In this document: positions 58,140 to 64,000 of the stretch, piece after piece
Layout: the number at the start of each line of letters is the position of its first letter
How positions within the stretch are numbered: the stretch's first letter is position 1
Source: Paramoeba atlantica
Taxonomy: Eukaryota; Protista; Discosea
Assembly (NCBI GenBank): GCA_977017575.1
Contig: CDRNVI010000054.1
Coordinates: 496,001-560,000 of the forward strand
DNA length: 64,000 nucleotides
Direction of reading: 5' to 3'
Notes under the pieces: generated by a model
What the model was told of the DNA's origin: nothing
The model's input: only the letters and a program-made list of their open reading frames with translations
Databases searched by the model: none
Made by a program: the position numbers and the translations under genes

Positions 58140-59892
58140 GGGAGTTGCTATGCCCTGTCCATGGTATCATGTTCAGGGGAACAGCAACTCCCCATTACCT
58201 CGGCGTAGTAAACACGCCTTGGCTTGCCTGGCACTACGATTGCCGAAAAAAATATATTTTCGGTTCATTTCGCAGCCCAGTCGCTTCCCACTTAAGGGGC
58301 CCGCTCCCACAACCGAGTAATCTCCCCGGCAGCACGGTTTTACTCATGCGTCGAGAAGGCTGGGGTGTGAGACCAGGGTGCATTTATAGAAAATTTTCGG
58401 AAGAAGAAATACGAAGGAAATTTTACTGCATAATGGAGTAGAAAACTTTGAGTGCAATAGAACAAAGGGTTGGCGTAAACCTTTGGTTAACGTTTTTTCT
58501 TTTGGGGGGGATTTACTTTCTTTGCCATTCCTCATGCTATCCACTCATAAATTTTACTAATTACTCTAGATTCGTGTGTTTGTTTCCTCCAGTTACGCTT
58601 TCTATAATTCTTACATAGGGTCTACATGTACATCGCCAGTTCTTAGAGCTGAGTTCAGGAGTGCTTCTTTTATGTCATAATTATGCCCTTCTCGAGTCAA
58701 CCCGTCTGCTGGGTTTTCTTTAGATTTAATATGGAAAATTCGAAAAGAATGTCCATGTTTCCCTATCTGTTCATCCATTTCCGTGATCTCATTACACATC
58801 GATCTCCTAACTGATGTACGCCCCGATTCTGATGGTATTTCACTCTGGTGAAACCAGTGTCGCATATCAGCGGATAAAAAGTTTACGTTGGGGAAATTCT
58901 CTATTACATGGATAATTTCAGCGATAGCTGGAAAATTCAAGCAAGGAGGGCGATTGCACATCTCATTTAGTGGTGTTCCATCCGCAATACTTCTTGACAA
59001 TTCCTCCCCTTTTGATGCCTCAAAGTAACGTAAATATAAACGTGATGATGATCGAGAGTCGTGTGCCACACGTAGCACCCCGCATTCCACGAGTTCTAAT
59101 AAATGTTGTAACCAAACCCCGGAGGATAGTTTCCTTATTTTCCCGTGAAAAGGGGGACAATTTATCCATTCAATAAAATTTTGGGTACTTTTCAATGCCG
59201 TGCAACATTTGATACCCCATGGTAAACCATGTTTTAGGTGTGTTGATGTAAAGAATCCAAGTTGTTCCTTCAGCATTTATGAATCTTCGTTAACAAAGAA
59301 ATCGGGTATAAATGCATCAAGCAAAGCAACCGTTTGCTTTTTTTTTCTAGTTTTCTTTTTTTTTCTCCACCGAATAACACTAACGCGTTCACTATCGTCG
59401 GTCTGAATTTCTGATTCAATATTCCTACTAGGCGAGATATCCTGAAAAGCCGTATTCCGAGCGTCAACCCGAGACGTCCGGTGTGTGCCTCGATACTTCC
59501 GTATGGGGGGATCTATAACGCACCAACAATACTCCCCCCCTTTGTTTTCTCTCCCCCGAACACTCCATATTTTTCAACTTCATATTCGTATTTCGAGCGT
59601 CAACCAGAGACGTCCGGTGTGCCTCGATACTTCCATATGGGGGGATCTATAACGCACCAACAATAGTCCCCCCCTTTGTTTTCTCTCCCCCGAACACTCC
59701 ATATTTTTCAACTTCAAATCTTCTTAGGGGGGAGGACTCCCGTTACCATGCCTCAAGTGAGGATTAAGGAACTAAGTTTTTTTTTTCGGCAATCGTAGTG
59801 CCAGGCAAGCCAAGGCGTGTTTACTACGCCGAGATAATGGGGAGTTGCTGTTCCCCTGAACATGATACCATGGACAGGGCATAGCAACCCCC
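58140..59892 (-). mobile_element. 113-bp-TIR element carrying a deleted LTR/DIRS-type RT-RNase H
   Basis: TIRs at 58140-58252 and 59780-59892 (2 mismatches). ORF 58611-59276 has YFEASK..SRSIADG..LNEMC..PP..FP..ADMRHWFHQ (RT N-half) joined to FHIKSKENPADGLTR (RNase H C-terminal motif). Confidence 0.75.
59451..59716. repeat. Tandem duplication, 2 x ~133 bp, inside the TIR element
   Basis: CGTATT.CGAGCGTCAACC.GAGACGTCCGG...CCATATTTTTCAACTTCA at 59451 and 59587. Confidence 0.9.
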
Positions 59893-59904
59893 TCATTATC
59901 ACTC

Positions 59905-59937
59905 CTTCGTAAGCACCATGTTACCGGGACCAAGCCC
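59905..59937 (+). ncRNA. Degenerate 5' half of a twister ribozyme
   Basis: CTTCG TAA GCAC C ATGTTA CCGG GACCAAGC CC aligns with the complete twister and shares its TCATTATCACTCCTTCGTAA leader; the 3' core is missing. Confidence 0.5.
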
Positions 59938-60050
59938 TAGGTGCCAGGCATGCCATACCACGTCACAACTCCCCACCCTCTCCCTTCTGTTTTTATTCTG
60001 TTTTCACTTTATTGTAAAAAAACATGCCGGAGAGGAGGGTGTATAACGCA

Positions 60051-60785
60051 AATGCAACGGCAAGTGAGCCCCGAAGGACACGGAACCCATGGGCCTCCCA
60101 GCACGAATGCTGGGGCGGTGGTACCCCGAAGGGTACGGAGCCCATGGGCCTCGTTACAGAGGAATAAATGCAACGGCAAGTGTGTCCCGAAGGACACGGA
60201 GCCCATGGGCCTCCCAGCACGAATGTTGGGGCGGTGGTACCCCGAAGAGTACGGAGCCCATGGGCCTCGTTACAGAGGATGAATATATAAATGCAACGGC
60301 AAGTGTGTCCCGAAGGACACGGAGCCCATGGGCCTCCCAACACGAATGCTGGGGCGGTGGTACCCCGAAGGGTACGGAGCCCATGGGCCTCGTTACAGAG
60401 GATGAATATATAAATGCAACGGCAAGTGTGTCCCGAAGGACACGGAGCCCATGGGCCTCCCAGCACGAATACTGGGGCGGTGGTACCCCGAAGGGTGCGG
60501 AGCCCATGGGCCTCGTTACAGAGGATGAATATAAATTATATTTATAAATGCAACGGCAAGTGTGTCCCGAAGGACACGGAGCCCATGGGCCTCCCAGCAC
60601 GAATGCTGGGGCGGTGGTACCCCGAAGGGTGCGGAGCCCATGGGCCTCGTTACAGAGGATGAATATATAAATGCAACGGCAAGTGTGCCCCGAAGGACAC
60701 GGAGCCCATGGGCCTCCCAGCACGAATGCTGGGGCGGTGATACCCGAAGGGTACGGAGCCCATGGGCCTCGTTACAGAGGATGAA
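60051..60785 (-). repeat. Tandem array of 6 units (116-134 bp, mostly 123), each with three UUCG-loop hairpins
   Basis: Units start at 60051, 60167, 60290, 60413, 60547 and 60670 (AATGCAACGGCAAG). Minus strand carries GTACCC-TTCG-GGGTAC, CCCAGCA-TTCG-TGCTGGG and GTGTCC-TTCG-GGACAC; GCCCATGGGC palindrome twice per unit. Confidence 0.95.
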
Positions 60786-60943
60786 GTACTGCCAGGCCGG
60801 GACCAAGCGAATTGATGCGTGACATTTTCAGGCGTGTAAGATTGTTTAGGTAAATGGAGCTAAATGTAGTAGTTCTACTGGATACTAGAAACAAGTAGTT
60901 CAATTATATTTAGTTTATAATCGTGCTATAGATGTATTGAAAT

Positions 60944-61012
60944 CTTCACCCTCACACTCCGCCGAATATGGCGGTGCCGGGCTTGGGACCGGTAACAAGC
61001 GTGTTTACGAAG
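60944..61012 (-). ncRNA. Twister ribozyme, P1-type with P5
   Basis: Minus-strand RNA: CUUCG UAA ACAC GC UUGUUA CCGG UCCCAAGC CCGG CA CCGCC AUAUUC GGCGG A GUGU GAGGG UGAAG. Helices P1, P2, P4, P5 and pseudoknots T1 (CCC/GGG) and T2 (GC/GC) can all form. Confidence 0.82.
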
Positions 61013-61691
61013 GAGTGATAATGAAGTATCACTCGATATCCCGCGCCCTTCACTGCGTCCCCACGGAAGGCGAAGAGGTCCAGCAGGGAGCGTTGATTGT
61101 GCCTACCCCTGCTGGCCCTAAATATCTCTGGCGGTCTTGCCCTGCATGACAAAACTACTATCAGAACAAGGTGTTGAACTTTGACAGATCCTCTTTTGGG
61201 TCAAATATGAATTCTCATTTCAAAAACAAGATTAACTGGGTTGAACTCCAACGCTTCACCCCTCACTTCAGTTGACTTCGTCCTATTTCTAGTTATCCTG
61301 ACCTCCAGTGACTTCCAGCGACTGTCACCATCGCCAGCGACTGTCAGCGACCTCCAACTACTGTCTACATAATCTCCATAGATACTAAGTAAATAATATT
61401 TATAATGTGAAGAATAGAAGATTTATAATGAGGAGAACCATCGCTAGTACATTAAGCCTGCAAGTTTGTAGTACATTAAGGTTGTACTGTAAGTACTGTG
61501 CTGTAAGTACTTTACTGTACATTAAGGCTATACTGTAAGTTGAATAAGCTGAATGAGAGATTTGCTAAGATGGATTTACTACCCTAGGGCATTGATCTAC
61601 ACCTGGGGCATTATGGGGTACTACATTGCACAGCTAATTTACAAAGTTGTAACTTAAATTTCGAATTGGACAGCCCTACTCACCATCGGGA

Positions 61692-62637
61692 ATGTTTCTT
61701 AACTTCGAGCGTCATGCTTTCAACGGTGCGGACGACGGATCCCACCTTAAGTGCGGCAAAGTACGCCTCGACTTACTCCCTCAGGAGCACTTGTTAGAAA
61801 CCTTTCTCCTCGGGGCCACCGTTCGCGACCCCTCCTGGGTGACCGAAAAGCGGAGCCTCTTCGGAGAGGCAAAAAAAAATCTCCCCCTGCACGTGGCGCG
61901 GCATTACCTGTGATACCCACCAAAACATTTTCACCCTCCTCGGGCGTGCGGGATCCCCCCAACTCGCCGGAAACCTCTCCTGGGGGGCACTTCCCGCGAC
62001 CCTGGAGCAACTCCAGCTCCACAGCTACCCCACGATTCTGGGGGATGGCTTCACCCTTTCCCATCTCCCCAGGTCACTCCGTAGGGTCGATGTGGTGCGC
62101 ACCGGGTTATCGGGTTATCCCCTACCCCGTAAAAGTTCACATCACCCGCAGCTCACGGAGCTACGCCTCCAGGAGGCGAAATCCTCTGGGGCTCTTGATC
62201 TCTCCGCCCTTCCGGTGAGTTTGCAGCAACTCGGGCTGCGGATGAATCGATTTACCGGGCCCCTTTTTCTTACGAAAGGGTTACCCCCGTCGCTCTGTCG
62301 GCTCGACCTGTCAAGGAATAAGTTTACGGAGGGGCTGGAGTTAAGCGGGATGCCGTCGTCTATGGTCCTGTTGAATTTATTCGGCAACGCGCTCTCGGGG
62401 TCGGTGACCTTTCCGGGTGATTTTCCCCCCTCGATGCTTTATGTGGATTTGCGGAGGAATGCGTTCGAAGGGGTTGTGGATTTTGGGGAAGTTCAGGAGC
62501 ACAAGATGCTGTATATGGAATGGAGCGAGGATAATGGGGTGTTGCTGAGGGGGAATAAGTTTACGGATTGGGTTCCGAAAAAGAAATTTCACGGAAGGCT
62601 CCCTCGAGGTGTTGATTTATACTGTGGTTTCCATTGA
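61692..62637 (+). pseudogene. LRR gene (paralog of 47928) with one frameshift in an A-run
   Basis: KCGKV leader in 61692-61913; shifting frame at the A9 run near 61872-61880 gives SPCTWRGITC.., continuous with 62092-62637. Confidence 0.78.
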
Positions 62638-63093
62638 ACTTTCCCCTCCGCGGAATTTTGAGTTTTTTTGCCCGTTTTAGCTCATTTTTGTTGCAAACGA
62701 GAGATTTCGTTCCCCCAGTCATCAAACGCAATGAAAACAATCCATAATTCGAGAGAAAGTAATTTGACAAAGCGTAAACAAACAAAGTGCAGAAATATTT
62801 TATACGTTCCAGAAAAATGACCCAAGAAAGCATGTGTTTTGGTCCCAGGGGGTATGGGAGGGTCCCTACAAAAAAAGGGCAGCAATGTTCTTCACCAGGA
62901 AAATGAGATCTATCAAATGCTGCAAAAATGAGAAAAAATGAATAAAAGAACTCAAAATTCCGCGGGGCGGAAGATATCTTGAAACCACTGTAGGTAGTTC
63001 GAGCTGGACGTAGGAGGATTTGTATTTCTGTCTTTAGACGCTCAAATCGAAAAGGAGTTCTTGTGTCTTTTGGCACTCAAATTTTCGAAGCAG

Positions 63094-63391
63094 TGAGCTT
63101 GAAATTGGTTGTAGCCGAATTGGCAATCCGTGGTTGAGAACTGTGCGATTTCTTCTTCCTTCTTCATCGGCCTTCATAGAACGAGGAGGTAATCTTCAAC
63201 GTGAAGGGAACATTGTGGAGGTACTGTTTTGTTTGAAGTTCTCACGAAAAATCACACAAAACAGCACCTTCATAATGTTCCCTTCACGTTGATTACCTCC
63301 TCGTTCTATGAAGGCCGATGATGAAGGAAGAAGAAATCGCACAGTTCTCAACCACGGATTGCCAATTCGGCTCCAACCAATTTCAAGCTCA
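63094..63391. repeat. Long near-perfect inverted repeat (~137-bp arms, 23-nt spacer)
   Basis: 63094-63232 is the reverse complement of 63256-63391, with a few transitions and one 3-nt indel. Confidence 0.92.
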
Positions 63392-63567
63392 ACCAAAAAT
63401 TAACATATCATGATTTCTTTGCATTTTAGTTACTGGGGTGGGGACACCTTGAACTGCACTGTGGTTTTGTCTTGTTTTCAGAGAGCTGTACACAGATACA
63501 GCTGTATCTCTACTGTAGTTCAGCTCTCTGGATACATTACTGTACATTCCTTTTATATTTTGACTTC

Positions 63568-64000
63568 ATGAGATTTACGGTAGTTCTGTCCGATGCTGAT
63601 GCACCGCCACGGAAGCGGCAAAAGCAATCTGCTTCTTCAAACACTGCCACGTTCCCCTCGCGTACATCCAAAGTACGAGGCGCTACCCTGCCACAGGAGT
63701 ATGAGTTAGCTCGATTTCTTACAAACATTACCTCTGGCATGGAATCTGGACCTTCCGTATTTGGAAATACATCATTGCCTGCGTGTGAGTGGGAAGGTGT
63801 GAAGTGCTCTGGTGCTGATAAAATCATCGCTATCATGTGGGATAACCGAAAACTATGTGGTACGCCGCAATGGGAATATTTGCCACAGACTCTTACAGGC
63901 TTTTTTGCGAACAGCAACCGACTCGGGGGAAAACTGCCACTCGACGTCGTGCCTCGGAATTTGACGTGGTTGGACCTTCATAATAATGTGCTCACAGAGG
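63568..64000 (+). CDS. LRR protein, runs off the window end
   Basis: ATG 63568; TSKVRG..LPQEYEL, LPACEWEGVKC, LxxLDLHNNxL. Not in the ORF track because no stop falls inside the window. Confidence 0.82.
   Translation, partial: MRFTVVLSDADAPPRKRQKQSASSNTATFPSRTSKVRGATLPQEYELARFLTNITSGMESGPSVFGNTSLPACEWEGVKCSGADKIIAIMWDNRKLCGTPQWEYLPQTLTGFFANSNRLGGKLPLDVVPRNLTWLDLHNNVLTE

Noticed and set aside
60051-60785. Array as CRISPR
   Set aside because: No unique spacers, the unit is far too long, and there are no cas genes.
60051-60785. Array unit as hammerhead, HDV-like, twister, twister-sister, pistol or hairpin ribozyme
   Set aside because: By eye, required cores are missing on both strands (no CUGANGA/GAAA; no P4-closed UCNNAAGC; P1 of a twister-sister fit fails). 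A novel fold is not excluded.
59941-60822. Repetitive ORFs over the array
   Set aside because: Open in several frames on both strands because the GC-rich unit has few stops; no protein-like signal.
60937-61149. ORF with EVQQG resembling RT motif GVQQG
   Set aside because: No other RT motifs; the region is better explained as the twister and its leader.

Overview
TE-rich eukaryotic window. All recognisable host genes are intronless and on the + strand: an SFT2/Got1-family gene, a full-length ABCA transporter, and about 15 copies or fragments of a short leucine-rich-repeat (LRR) family, some ending in a CaaX box. Co-orientation, CRE-like retroelements and a spliced-leader-like 39-mer suggest a kinetoplastid, possibly Perkinsela-like; this is inference. 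Mobile DNA comprises two HERO-type RT+RLE non-LTR families (one apparently intact at 38064-42749, with four Mer3/HFM1-type zinc fingers and an SL-like 5' end), CRE-like fragments, Merlin, Tc1/IS630, pogo and PIF/Harbinger-like relics, and several TA-flanked MITEs. The most unusual locus is 58.1-61.2 kb. It holds a 113-bp-TIR element with a deleted LTR/DIRS-type RT-RNase H, then a degenerate twister half, six tandem ~123-bp units each with three UUCG-loop hairpins on the minus strand, and an apparently complete P1-type twister ribozyme (60944-61012, minus strand) facing into the array. All calls were made by eye; none was confirmed by database search.
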